Positions 1 through 12,271 of a DNA stretch of 64,000 bases are shown here, piece after piece; position 1 is the stretch's first letter; the number at the start of each line of letters is the position of its first letter. Source of the DNA: Paraspadella gotoi (taxonomy: Eukaryota; Animalia; Chaetognatha); contig CM119265.1 of assembly GCA_051294375.1 (NCBI GenBank), positions 24,947,697-25,011,696 of the forward strand, written 5' to 3'. Under the pieces are notes generated by a model. The model saw only the letters and a list, made by a program, of their open reading frames with translations. It did not search any database and was not told where the DNA came from. The translations under genes were made by a program, and so were the position numbers.

Positions 1-291
1 TTCTTTATTACTTTTGAAATTAGTAAGCCAGGACCTCGTTACTTTTTCTTTCTTTTCTTTTCTTTTCTTTTCTTTTCTTTTCTTTTCTTTTCTTTTCTTT
101 TCTTTGCCTTCCATTATCCAAATTCAAATCATCATATTTCGACAACCCCCTTTTACAATCCCCCTAACAATTCGAACTCCCCCACCCCCTTCTTCCTCTC
201 CCCCCCTTTCCTCTCACCATCATCATCAACCGTCGCCTCGGTGATGTAGTTGATGAGCACCTTCGTCGCACCGCGGGGTTCTCGCTCTTAC

Positions 292-451
292 AACAGCAGA
301 TGGCGAGGAAGGTGCCGCGCGAAGTGAAGCAGCCCGAGTAGACGTACCCTTCGAACCAAGGGTACCAAATCTCCTCCAGATGCTCGCGGGTAAGGGTAGG
401 CAGCGGGAAGGACGCCGCGGCAGGCTGCTCCGCAGCGCCGCCGTTGGAAAA
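292..451 (-). CDS. Internal coding exon of an unidentified gene that probably runs off the left edge; Cys-rich end weakly reminiscent of PLAC8/cornifelin
   Basis: Acceptor tccccacag| at 452-454, open frame FSNGGAAEQPAAASFPLPTLTREHLEEIWYPWFEGYVYSGCFTSRGTFLAICC, donor |gtaaga at 291. GC-rich island in AT-rich DNA. A possible upstream exon lies at about 798-922 (MGFNEETSF...DIDLK). Confidence 0.45.
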
Positions 452-2360
452 CTGTGGGGATAGTGATCAGAGGGGGAGAGTAAGTTAGGTAGGGCGGGGA
501 GAGAAGATTGTCATAGTACTTTATAATTCAATCATACTGGAAAAACTAATTTCAGGATTACATTTATGTAATGCAATGTGATTAATATGACATATGAACA
601 TAATTCTGTCGCTAAACCGTTTCAACCAAAATATTGACCTCATGTTTTCCCTTTTGCTATATTAAATTGAGGATAGCGAATGAACAATATCCCAGTTTAA
701 CTTAAGCCCACCTAATCAGTGAATAAGTGATCAATAATCACGCATCGTTTCGTTAACATCCTTTAGACTCCATCCCGCCCCAGTTTATTTTTTTGCCTTG
801 AGATCGATGTCGTTTCCGTCGTCGCCACCAGAGGCGCTACGAGCGGCACCACGCGAGCCGCCACGAGAGGCGCCGCGCGATCTTTTGTCGTCTCGGAACG
901 AAGTTTCTTCGTTGAAGCCCATATTCGTCGACGGGCTCTCTCTGTCTCTCTCGCGTTGTCTTTCTCTCTCTCTCTGTCTCCCTCCTTGCCTTCCTCTCTG
1001 TCTCTCAGGCTGCATTGTTTTTTTTTCGCTATGAATTAATTAGTAGTTTTGTTTTTTTGTTTTGTTTTGTTTTTTTTGGTGCTCGCAAATGAGACTTTAC
1101 ATTTTGATTTCTTTACCGAAAATTAACTTCCTCTTGGTCTTTTATTTCGAAATGAAAATGATAATCCCAATTATTATCAAATTCAAAAATCCCTGGGCGA
1201 TCGAAAAGATAAAATGGTTTACGGATTTCAGAAATCAAGAATCCAGTCAGTTCCAGCCAATCCAGTCGCCTCACGCGAGTTCGAACCAAACAGGTTATTC
1301 GAAGGAAGGACAGGTAAGTCAGACGCCGCTGCATTAGCCGCGCTGCTCCGCTCGGCATAAAAACCGGGAAACTCCTGAAGCGGCGGACTACGCTGCTGCT
1401 GCTGCTGGTTTTTTTTTTCGATTTGAAAGTAAAACTTGGAAAAGAAAGAAAGACAATGACATTTTAAGTGACAAGGAGATGACAAAAGGGAGAAAATGGA
1501 AAATTCCAGGGTTTCAGGGGCGCGGCGAAGATTGACTATTACTAAAATAATTTAAAAATTCGAAATAAATAGACCTGTGCATTGTGCAATGACTGATAAC
1601 GTGAAGTAGAAATTACGCAACGTCATTAAAAGCAGTTATTCAAGTTATTGTTTTTTTTTTGTCACCGTTGTTAGCACAAGAATAATTTGTCACCTTTTTC
1701 TTCATTGACATAATGTAATTGTGTAATTAAAAAGAAGTTCGTTTTGCCCAGATTCGAAGTTGATATCAAATCTCGCATATTTGCAAATGAATCGATCAAC
1801 CAATCAATCGTTCAGATGTCTAAACGAAACTCGACAGTAGAGACCGGGGATCAAAGCCGGACGAGTTTGTTTTTTTTTGGCGTAGGGGGGGCTGGCGTCG
1901 GCCGGCGGCTTGGGTTCACTCCAACTCCAAGTGCTGATGACATTCGACGCCAATCAAAGTCAAACCGAATTAACTTAAGTTAACCTCACAATGTTGACCT
2001 TGGAATATTTGAAGAACTAAAATAGTTAGGACCTAGGAAACTCAAATACTACGCGATTCAGGTGTTATTATTTTAAGGAACGCTGATTTGTAAAGTCAAG
2101 TTTTTTTTTTTATAAACAATTTAAAAAAGCATTTCAAAATCATTCCTCATAACCGGGCGCGTGATATTTTTTTAGTCTATTAAATTCAAAAAGCCAAATT
2201 CAAAGATAAAAAAAAATTCAACGAAAGTTATAAACTTTTTTTTTTGGACAAAGGTCCCCTTAATTTTTAAGGGAAAAAATTAATGAGAATTATCAGAACT
2301 TTTTTTTCGTCTCAAGTTCAGAGAGCATTTGTTATTCACCTTTCAGATCAGAGAAAGCGA

Positions 2361-2466
<106 letters not shown>

Positions 2467-4426
2467 CTTTCAAAAAATTAAAAAAAGCAAGGGGAATCAC
2501 TATAATCAAAAGCCGCAGGTGCACGCAAACAGTTGTGAAGTGAGACGCGTGAGCCCAGCCCAACCCGAGGTGAGGACATGATCATTGGGAGAGGGGGGGG
2601 AGAGGGGGGGGAGAGGGGCAGGATGACCCAGACAGGAAATAGGAAAAGAGGAAACTGGAAAAGCGAGTGCACCGGTCCCACGGTACTTCGGTTGCGCGTT
2701 TCCTTGCTGTTTGTTAATATGAGATTCTTTTAGATATATATAGATAAGAGATGAACTTTTCAACCCCAAAATGAGATTGAGCTCATTTGCATATTGTAGT
2801 GTTGACATTGACTTGTCTTAAATTTTATTCTTTAGTCATTTCTTTGTCTCATATCACGAATCCACTCTCGTCATTAGTGTAGCAATTGATTGATTAGAGA
2901 GTTTGGAACATTAATCTAATTTTTAAATAAATTCATTGGAGCCCACTCTAAGCTATTTCATTATGAGTTAGTTAGTTGGCACCGACTCCCTTGATTTTTG
3001 TAAATCGCTAAAGCCCTGAAATTGTACAAGTTTTTTAAATTTTTTTTCCGGTCACCTAACTTTTCTTTTCTTTTACTAGAATTTTGTCTCTTACTTAAGT
3101 TAATAATTACTTAATAAATAAAAGAATAACGACTGACGATTTTAGCGAAACATGTAATTAAAACAATAGCAATAATAAAAAAAAATGATATAAATGACTC
3201 AACCACAGTTGATAACAATTTAGTACGGAAAATCGATCTAAAGATACATTTAAAATTTAAACTATATTCCATAACATTTATTTTGGTTATTTTTTTTTCT
3301 CCCGTTAGGGAAACTAGATCTTCGTTTGTGAAACCAGAAATACATTTCGTGTTTATCAAATCACAGATATACATTGAACTATTGTAACCAAAAAAAAAAT
3401 GTACACGAAATATGCTGAGACAATGTGTCTTCGATGAATGTCGTGAATGAGAGGTGAGTTTCAAACGAGTCACAAAATTGGGAAATATGATCTGATGTTC
3501 AGCATTGAGAACAATAGGGTCCAGTAATGATGCTAGACCGAATACAGTAGCATCATTGGCCGTCATAATTTGTAAAAACATTGCAAGGAATCGCGGGGGG
3601 GGGGGCTTTTCAGAGAGATGCAAAACAGCATTTACAATTTAAAAAAAAAAGAAATGAAGAACAAAAGGAAATAGTTATCGGCCAAGGTTGTTCGTTGTAC
3701 CAGGTCCCTGGGTCGAGTCTGTGACTGGTGACAAAGCGACTAATTAATGTTCCTCAAGGCAAAAAAAAAAAGATAAGGAAGGGTACAGTCCGTTTGTTTC
3801 TCTCTCTCTCCGTCTCTGTCTCTGTCTCTCTCTCGCTCTCGCTCTTCGAGACGAACTATGGATTTATTTAAAAAAAAAAATAAATCGCACGATAAGAAAT
3901 TTCTCGAAGACGTGAAATTAGGAGAGAGATAAAATGTCTCATAATAATAACTACAACTTTTCCCCCCTCCCCTTTTAAAAAAAAATTCAAATATCTCATT
4001 TCTTTTCTCTCATTCATTCATTCATTTCATTTTTTCACTTCATTTTTTTTTCATTTCTATTTAGAATCTCATCAATGAATAAAAGGCAAGAACTTTTCAG
4101 TTTCATTGAGTTTCATTCAATTTATTTTCTGCCTCCTTTTCTAATTTGGCCCTTTTTTTAAATTCGTACGTCGCAGGTAGAGATGGCAATTTTTAATTCT
4201 TGTCTTATTTTTTTAAAGTCTTGCCACTCTTTCACAAGGACACCGCCTTTGAACTTTGCCACCGTTTTCGAAGAAGTCTCATTTTTTTCTCCTTCACATC
4301 CCGAGATGTAGCTATCGAGTTTTTCACAATGTATGCGCTCAACAATGCCACCTTCTTCCCGCCGCGTCTTCCCCAACTTTTTTTTTCAATTTTCACTCTT
4401 TGCCCCTGTAACTCCATTTGCCCGTC

Positions 4427-4492
4427 GCTCCTAGACCCGTCACTCTAACTGCCGGTCACTCCTCGACCCGTCACTCCGACCGCCGGTCACTC
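4427..4492. repeat. Two copies of a ~31-bp tandem unit just 3' of the Cys-module gene
   Basis: ct(a/c)gacccgtcactc..ac.gccggtcactc repeated twice. Confidence 0.7.
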
Positions 4493-4502
4493 TCAGACTC
4501 CA

Positions 4503-7500
4503 TCACTCCTTGGTCCTCCTCAGGACCGACTTCCGCTCATCGAACATAACCAAATCTTGATTCGGCGTCAACTTTCCGAATCGACGCAGAGACTCGTCGT
4601 CTTCATCGTCGTCGTCGTCGTCGTCGATGGGCGTGGCGTCCGTTTCGAAATCGGTCGACGGCAGCGACGACGATGTCGAGTACAACGAGGGCGTCGTCGT
4701 CGTCGTCGTGATCGTCGTCGCCGTCTTGGCCTCGATGAGACAATCGCAGCTCACGTCGCCGAAGCTTCCCTCCGGCACGGCAAAGTCCTCAATGGTGTAT
4801 TGCAGAATGGGCAGGCGTTGGCTCCGACGAGTCTGGTAGAGGCAGAAACCGACCACGCTGAGGATGAGTAGGATTAGGAAGGAGGCGAGGCCGTACATCA
4901 CCCACTGAGTCATGTTGTCGTCGGCGAGGGAAGCGAATTCGCGCCGGGAATCGCGCGGCGCCGGAACGTGGCACTTTTCACGGTCCCTGGGCTGGGTGCA
5001 TTCGCCTGGAGGAAAGGGAGGTTGGGGAAAGGGCGTAGGGAAGGAAGGGATCGGGGCGGTAAGGGGATTAGATTTTCTATTTTCTCTTTTTCATTTTTCT
5101 TGATTCCTTTCGAATAAATCCTCCTTAGTTGAAAATTCATCGTGTATAATTTATTGCTTAATAATTTAAGTTTTGATGGTTACATTCTTTTGAGAACACA
5201 CGAAAAAAATATTGTTATCAGCTGACAAACGAAAAAAAATGAAGTAACTTTCATCATATTAAAGGTTAACCACGTGTTTGGTTGTTAAAAGGTCTGTCAT
5301 AATTTTTTTTTTAGATGTAAAATTCTGATTTATTATTTTCCCCAGCAAAAAAAAAAGAAGAGGAAAAGCAAATTAGTTTCAATTAAAATTTAAATTTTTT
5401 TTCTTCTCACAACAAAGAAGTTAAACGAAATTTATAGAGTGTTAACCCTTTCAAAATATTTACTGAATATATTGCCATTTTTTCAAGAAATAAACATTTT
5501 TGTCCCGTGACGTAAACGTTTAAAGCTCACCCTTGTTTCCATTATCCTTTTTTTGCATATCTCTTTGATCCCGTCAATGACTCAGACATTACTCCCCCCC
5601 CCGTGTCCCTTACCCTCAACCCCCCCACTTTCCTCACCCCACGGACAGGCGCAGGCCGAGGTGGGTCTCTCCGTTCGACAATTTCCCCAATCACAGGCGC
5701 ACTCTTTGTGCTTCGGGATGTCGAACTTTGGAAAAGACGTGATGCAGGGGAGTTGACTCTGCTGACAGTAGGGAGGCCTGTCCTCCATGCAGCGGCCCCA
5801 GGGACAGGCGCATAGCGGGTTCATCCTGGCTGCCTGACATTTTCCCCAAGAACAAATGCAGTCGGGTTCGGCGTAGCCAAGATTTCCGCAAGCGTGCGCG
5901 TCGTCGTCGTCGTCGTCGACTTCTTTGTGGGGTACGACGATGGCCTCAGTCACGTTGGCCTCTTTCTCGCAGGCCAGTGGCCGGTAGAGGAAGCACATGC
6001 CCCAGGGGCAGCGGCAGGCGGGTGAGGGGCGGTCGGCCAGGCACTTACCCCATTCGCACTCGCAGCCTGAAAAAAAAAAGGAAAGGGGAAGAGAGTAAGT
6101 TATTAATTACATTTTTGAATGTCCGTCTACAATCCTTGTATACGGACAATACAGTATATATCATTGTGGTTATCTCTCTTTTCGCTGTATTTTTTGTATA
6201 TATCATGTATTCAAAATGTTACCCTCATATCTTTTGCATGAATTTGTTATCACAAACGTCACTTCCAATAAATTCATTACTCTCTTAAAAAAAAACTAGA
6301 CTCAGCCAATTCCTAACGTGAATCGAGTTCACGTCTCGATCCTCAAAATTACCAAGGTCATTCGAATTTTCTTTCAAATCACCTCAGTCATCTTGTTTCT
6401 TTCACTCGATCACCGAAGACGTTAAAACTTTCACGAGTCACCGAAAAAAACACTTCACTTTGTGGCGGGCGCCATTTTTTTTTGAAATTCGCCCCCGAAT
6501 TTAATCCAAATTTTAAACCTAGTAACCCAGTGGTGGGTCTTAAAGGTTTTATAACGCGCACTTGGCACAGTGAGACCGAAGTCCACTCATTCGCCTCAAA
6601 AATGAGAGAGAGAGAGAGAGAGGGAGAGAGAGAGCAAAAAATAGCTTCTTGTTTTATTTTTTTAATTTGCAAATTTGAAAGGTATTTCGGGTTATCTATA
6701 CTGGAGAGGCACTTTTGAAACGAGAGTTCGAAAGTACAATTAACTCAATTTTGTACTGAAAAGTCCTTGGATGCGATATTCCGAAAACTTCCGTATGATT
6801 CTCCCAAAAAAATAAGTTTATACAAATAACTGCGATATTTTTAAAAGTCCTTAGGAACCGCGACATTTTTTTTTCTTTTTAAGGGAACCTTTTTGCTCGG
6901 CAAAGATATTTGCCCGTCGGCTTAAGGGGATTTTTTTCAAGTGTTTTTGTCCAATATTTTTTTCCCTTCTCATTTCAAAAGTGGGATTATTTGTAAAAAA
7001 ACTGGATGAAAGTGAGAACTGGGAAACTGATAAGTGAGAAAAAGGGGGAGGGAAGGTGGAAAAAGGTGGAGGGAAGGTGGAAAAAGGGGAAGGGAAGGTG
7101 GAAAAAGGGGTAGAGAAGGTGGAAAAAGGGGGAGGGAAGGTGGAAACATATGTGATAAGATAAAAGTAAAAAAATGACGAAAGAAAAGAAAAGGGGAAAA
7201 AAATTATAGTTTTTTTTTTTGTAAAACAAGCAAAAACGGCAAAACGTTTGAAAGAAAAAAAAAATAGAAAGCTGTCGGAAATTAGCACAAATGTCTTCTA
7301 TAAAAATGAGAGAGAGAGAAAGAAAAAAAAAAAGAGAAGAAAAAAGAAAGTGATAGTAGTTAATTGTTAATTGTTAATAGTTAAGCTGCTAAAAAAGTTA
7401 ATTTTTGGCCGAAAAGGTGGCAGCGAAAGTTTCGGCGCGGAATGATTTTCTTCTGATTCTCACTTCGGTCGCCCTCTTGTGAGAGAGACACGGACCCAAA

Positions 7501-9747
7501 CCAGTGACCAGTGCAATGACATCGACCACTCGCACCGCGCGATAACTACAACCACAGACACAACTACCTCAATGCGCTGACATAGGGCAATGACATCGAG
7601 CACTCACGACTGACCCTCGCATCGGGCGACGGACTTCGCTTTCCCGATTTAACGAGCTTTTTTTCGATTTTCCGTCGCCGGTTTCGGTTTAACGACGAAG
7701 ATTCCTCGTTAAAAAAATGATAATGATAATGATAATAATGATAATGATAATGATAATCGGCTCATAATTGTTTTTTTAAAACGATATTAAAAGCTCGTTT
7801 TTTTTTTACTCATCGACAGTTTTATTTCTTACGAAAGGACGATTTTTAAAACTCGATAAGAGGTTAGGCCCGGACCGAGCCTTTTGTGAGTTTGATCGGA
7901 TGAGTGCGATGGATTTTTAGTAGCGTCTCCTTGGAGAGACCCGTTTCCAAGAGACATTCGCAATACTTGACTGGAATTGATTTAAATACACTATAAAACG
8001 TTGATTTATGAACAATGTAAAACTGCTTTACGGAGAAAGGGGGTAAAAGATTGTCATTTTAGTGATAGGAATAAACATTTTTGGTCATTTTTGTCCAGCA
8101 TCCAGGTGTCATGAATATTTTTTAGGTTGAATAAATTTTTAAATTTGACAAAAGAGTATTAACTTCTTTTTAAAGCCGCGACTAACGCTGATAATACGCT
8201 TTGCTAGAACGCCTGCAAAATTCTCTCTTTCTTTTCTTTTCTCTTTCTCTTCGCGCTCGAGTGGAATTCTTTGCTCCCAACCCGCCCCCCCCCAATTTTT
8301 TTCTCGCCCTCTTTCGCCGATGGAGATGAACTATATACAATTAACCCGATCGAGAGATTGAGAGACTGAAAAGGAAAAAGGAACGAGTTTTTGACTCTCG
8401 AAAAGGAATAAAAGGAAAAGGAAGGGAAAGACGAGAAAGTCAATTAGAGAGAAAAGGGGAAGAATAATGCGACGATGACGAACGACGAAGACGAAGAAGA
8501 AGAAAGGCGAAGAGGGGGAAAGACGAAGAGGGAAAAAGGCGAAGAAGAAGAAAGGCGATGAGGGAAAAAGGCGAAGATGGAAGAAAGGCGAAGAGGGAAA
8601 AAGTCGAAAGGCGAAAAAAAGGGTTTGAATGGACAAAAGATTTCTTCAACTCGAAGGAAGAATGAACGTGTGACTCGGTCATCGAGTTATAAGTTTAATA
8701 AAACTAACTAAAAAAAACAAAAACGTTTAGACAATTCACAATAACAACGAGGAATTAAAGGCGAAGAACTGACAAACGACGATCAAGGACGAACAAAAGA
8801 CGAACTCGCGACGAACAAAAGACGAACTCGCGACGAACGAAATTTGAAAAAAACCAAAAAAAATTCGTCGATTCCGTCGAAAGGCGAAGACTTTGTCCTC
8901 GGGTTCAAATTTCAACTTTGTCGCACGCAATTATTGCGTGCACACCGCATAAAAACCGCGTGCGATTTTGCGGGCATTACTCGCAACTGGCTCACCCCCC
9001 CCTAAAAAAAAAAAAAAAAAAAATAAATAAATAAAAACCCGAAAAAGTTCCGGCGTCAAATTCACCGCTTCAAAAATAAAATAACAGTTTTTATCTTTTC
9101 AAAATTTTTTTTTTTTTAATTTCCGCTTATCAAAGACGTCGATGTCGTAATATGTTAAGACAACTGTTTATATATATTAAATTCATCCGCCGCTTTTGAG
9201 TGATGAACTCGGCGTTCACAGAAAAACAATGATGAGAAATCGATGAAGATTTACTGAATGTGTTTCCGGACAGAATGTGATAATTTATCTATCCTCTCGC
9301 ACATATTAAACTAAATTGACGCAGATTCCCGCTCTAGAGCTCACACCATAGTTTCCTTCGCTTTTTCAGGACAATTTTCACAACTCTTCACGTCACACAT
9401 TTTGTGACGTGACTCTCACGTGAATGGCAACCAACTTCTCCGAGCACCATTGTAAAAAAAGGGGTAAGGATTAACTTACCCTCGGAGGCGATATCGAAGT
9501 TTTTACAAATGTCTCTCAGTTCGAGAATGACGTTGTCGGGGACCCGGTTGGCGACGGCCGTCGTGTTGAAGCCGTAGACGACGGGCCATTTGATGAGGGG
9601 AGAAGGGAAGGCGGGGAGGGAGGTGGGGGAGTTGGAGGAGGAGGAGGAGGAGGAAGAGGAGGAGGAGGAGGCGGGTAAGGGTTGAGAAGGAAGGAACTCC
9701 AAGGACAGGAAGATGGTCAAAGTCAACGACAAGGATTTCCAACTCAT
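4503..9747 (-). CDS. Uncharacterised type I membrane glycoprotein (399 aa) with three 8-Cys modules containing paired CxCxWGxC motifs
   Basis: Exons 9747-9480, 6066-5638 and 5005-4503. Both introns are GT-AG and phase 1; total 1200 nt, ATG to TGA with no internal stop. Signal-peptide-like N-terminus, poly-Ser linker, three Cys modules, N-x-T sequons (NTT, NVT, NMT), TM segment WVMYGLASFLILLILSVVGFCLY followed by RRSQR, and a Thr/Ser/Asp-rich tail. Confidence 0.85.
7035..7146. repeat. 21-bp purine-rich minisatellite, about 5 copies
   Basis: Unit aaaaagggggagggaaggtgg with substitutions. Confidence 0.8.
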
Positions 9748-9936
9748 TTTTTGTTTCGTTTTGTTTTTGTTTGGACGAAGGAAAAATTAACTGCGTTGTT
9801 TCCTGTTGTTTTTTTGTTTTTCCAAACTTTAAGATTTCGTAACCGATTACGACTTTAAGTGACGTCTGTTTTTTTTATATTCGATGGATGCCCGACGAAA
9901 AAAAGTTCGGCTTGAAACCGACAGTTTTTGGTCGGG

Positions 9937-9995
9937 TGACCTTTGACCTCTGGAAAGATAGAAGAGTCGAAGCGATGACGTCATTAAACCGGAAA
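9937..9995. promoter_or_regulatory. Candidate promoter motif cluster: perfect DR1 nuclear-receptor element, palindromic CRE, ETS-like core
   Basis: TGACCT-T-TGACCT at 9937-9949, ATGACGTCAT at 9975-9984 and ACCGGAAA at about 9988-9995, 190-250 bp upstream of the ATG at 9747. Confidence 0.4.
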
Positions 9996-10267
9996 AGCGG
10001 ACGTCGTCGTCGTCGTCGTCGCGACGAATTCGTCGTCGTTCGTCCTTGAGTCAACGGCGAAGGTGGAAATGAATACGATCATGACGACGAAATGTCTCGA
10101 GCTGTTCCTTTGTTTTTTTTTTTCGTTTTAAAAACGAAGACGTTTGTTACGTTTTTTGTTTTCTAAAGTTTTGTCGCTGTTTCTTTTTTTTTTTTTAATT
10201 TTGTTTTTGCGGCGTTTTGATCGAGTTCGAAAGCACTCTCTCTCTCTCTCTCATACTCGTAAGCTCT

Positions 10268-10305
<38 letters not shown>

Positions 10306-11949
10306 CTCTCGATCGTTTTAGTTTGCAGTGAAGAAAAATTTATTAAAAAAAAATTGTTTTTCAGTCACGACAGAAAAAAAATGTCTCACTCTTTCGACAA
10401 TTTGAACATTTTTGATTCAAAATCGGTAAAAGGGGGCTCCCAGAGAGAGAGAGAGACAGAGTAAGAAGGGGAAGAAGAGGAGGAAGAGGATGAGGAGGAA
10501 GTGGAGGAGGACGGGTTTATCATCCCGGGGCGAGATAGAGGAAGAGGAGGTGAACGTGGGTTTTGAGGGAAATGAGGAAGAGGAGAGAAGAGGAGGAGGA
10601 GGAGGAGGTGAAAGGATGAAGAGGACTAAATGGCGAAAATTAATCTTTTTTTTAATTCAAGATAAATTTAAAAGGAACGAAAAAAGAAGATATAAAGAAA
10701 ACCAAAAAAAAGGAAGGAAAGAGAGTTAAAAGAAAGAAAGAAAGAAAGAGAGTAAGAAAGAAAGAAAGAAAGAAAGAGAGTAAGAAAGAAAGTAAGAAAG
10801 AAAGAGAGTAAGAAAGAAAGAGGGTAAGAAATAAAGAAAGAGAGTAAGAAAGAAAAAAAGAAAGAAAGAAAGAAAGAGAGTAAAAAATAAAGAAACAAAG
10901 AAAGAAAGACAGAAAGACAGACAGACAAAAGAAATGAGAGAACCCAAAAAGGGGGAAAAATTGGAAAACATAGAAGAAAAAAAATATAAAGAGAGAAAGC
11001 TTTAAAAAAAAAAGAAATTAAATTAAAAATATCTTGTTCAGGTGCTAACAAAAACAAAATAAAACGTGTTTAAACTCGCGCTTTCACTTAAAGCTACGCA
11101 TGCGTATATTAAATTTTGCCGCGAATTTAACCAATTGTCTGCAAATACTAAATGTCGATGACCAAACTTATAAACGCTCAAATTATTTCTTATTGATTAT
11201 TTTCAAAATTATTCGAAACTACTTAAAAACCCACAACGTTCAAACTTGACAGAATGGGGCCTTTCAAACTCTCAGGTCAAAATTCACATTATTCGGTTGG
11301 CGTCGGGAAAAAAGTTCATCGGCGGAGTTCAAACGTATAAGTATAAGTCAACTTTTGTCGGTACAAGTCGTTAATTCGTGTCGGTACAAGTCGGTAAAAG
11401 TTTTGACGAGCTTCGTTATCTAAGGATTTCACTCTGGGGATCCTTTACGATGCTATTCTTTAAAAAGTCCGGTTTGCTTAGTATGCATACATCTAAGTTA
11501 GATTCTAACGAAGACAATTTTTGTATAATTTGAAAACTTCTTATACATTTATAAAATTGCACCTGACTTCGGTCAGTCGATGACGAGTTTAGTCTTCTTT
11601 CCTTTCTAAGATTATGTTAACAGCTTTCAATCATTATTATTTGTTTTATGTCTTTTGAGGTAAGTTTTTTGGTCTGAATCTTGCTTGCTCGTTGCTTTGG
11701 TACTTTCGTCCGTCTTTCATTCAATCAGGACATTTGTTATTTTTTTTCTGTGGGGTCGTGTAAAAAAAACCAGTCTTTACGATCTTAAAAAACTAGTAAC
11801 ATAAATCTCGTCAGATAAAACTTTAATTTGCGTCTACATTTATTAACTTCTTTTTCGTCGTCGCCGTCGTCGTCGTCGTTGTTGTTGTTGTTGTTGTTAT
11901 CAAAAACATGAGGATCCTTGACGCAACATCGCTTCGTCGGCGTTTGAGT

Positions 11950-12081
<132 letters not shown>

Positions 12082-12271
12082 GTCGAGGACATCGATTTGT
12101 CTTGCGTCTAAACCTGTCACAAACAAAAGGCAATCGTCTCTCCCGATCGGCATTCGCGTCGTGAGCAGAATTTAGAAAAACCGATCGGGAAGGAATGACG
12201 ACCTTCAGTCAATTCTATTTTGATTTATCATGAAGTCTTGGAAATAAAATAGGGCGCTCAAATAATGTATA

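Noticed and set aside
3670-3760. tRNA gene or tRNA-derived SINE head (also 29310-29340 on minus)
   Set aside because: Only a degenerate B-box-like stretch; no cloverleaf or A box could be built
7550-7571. let-7 microRNA gene
   Set aside because: The seed and 3' end resemble let-7, but there is no complementary star arm on either side, and an 8-nt seed match is expected by chance in 64 kb. Kept only as a low-interest note.
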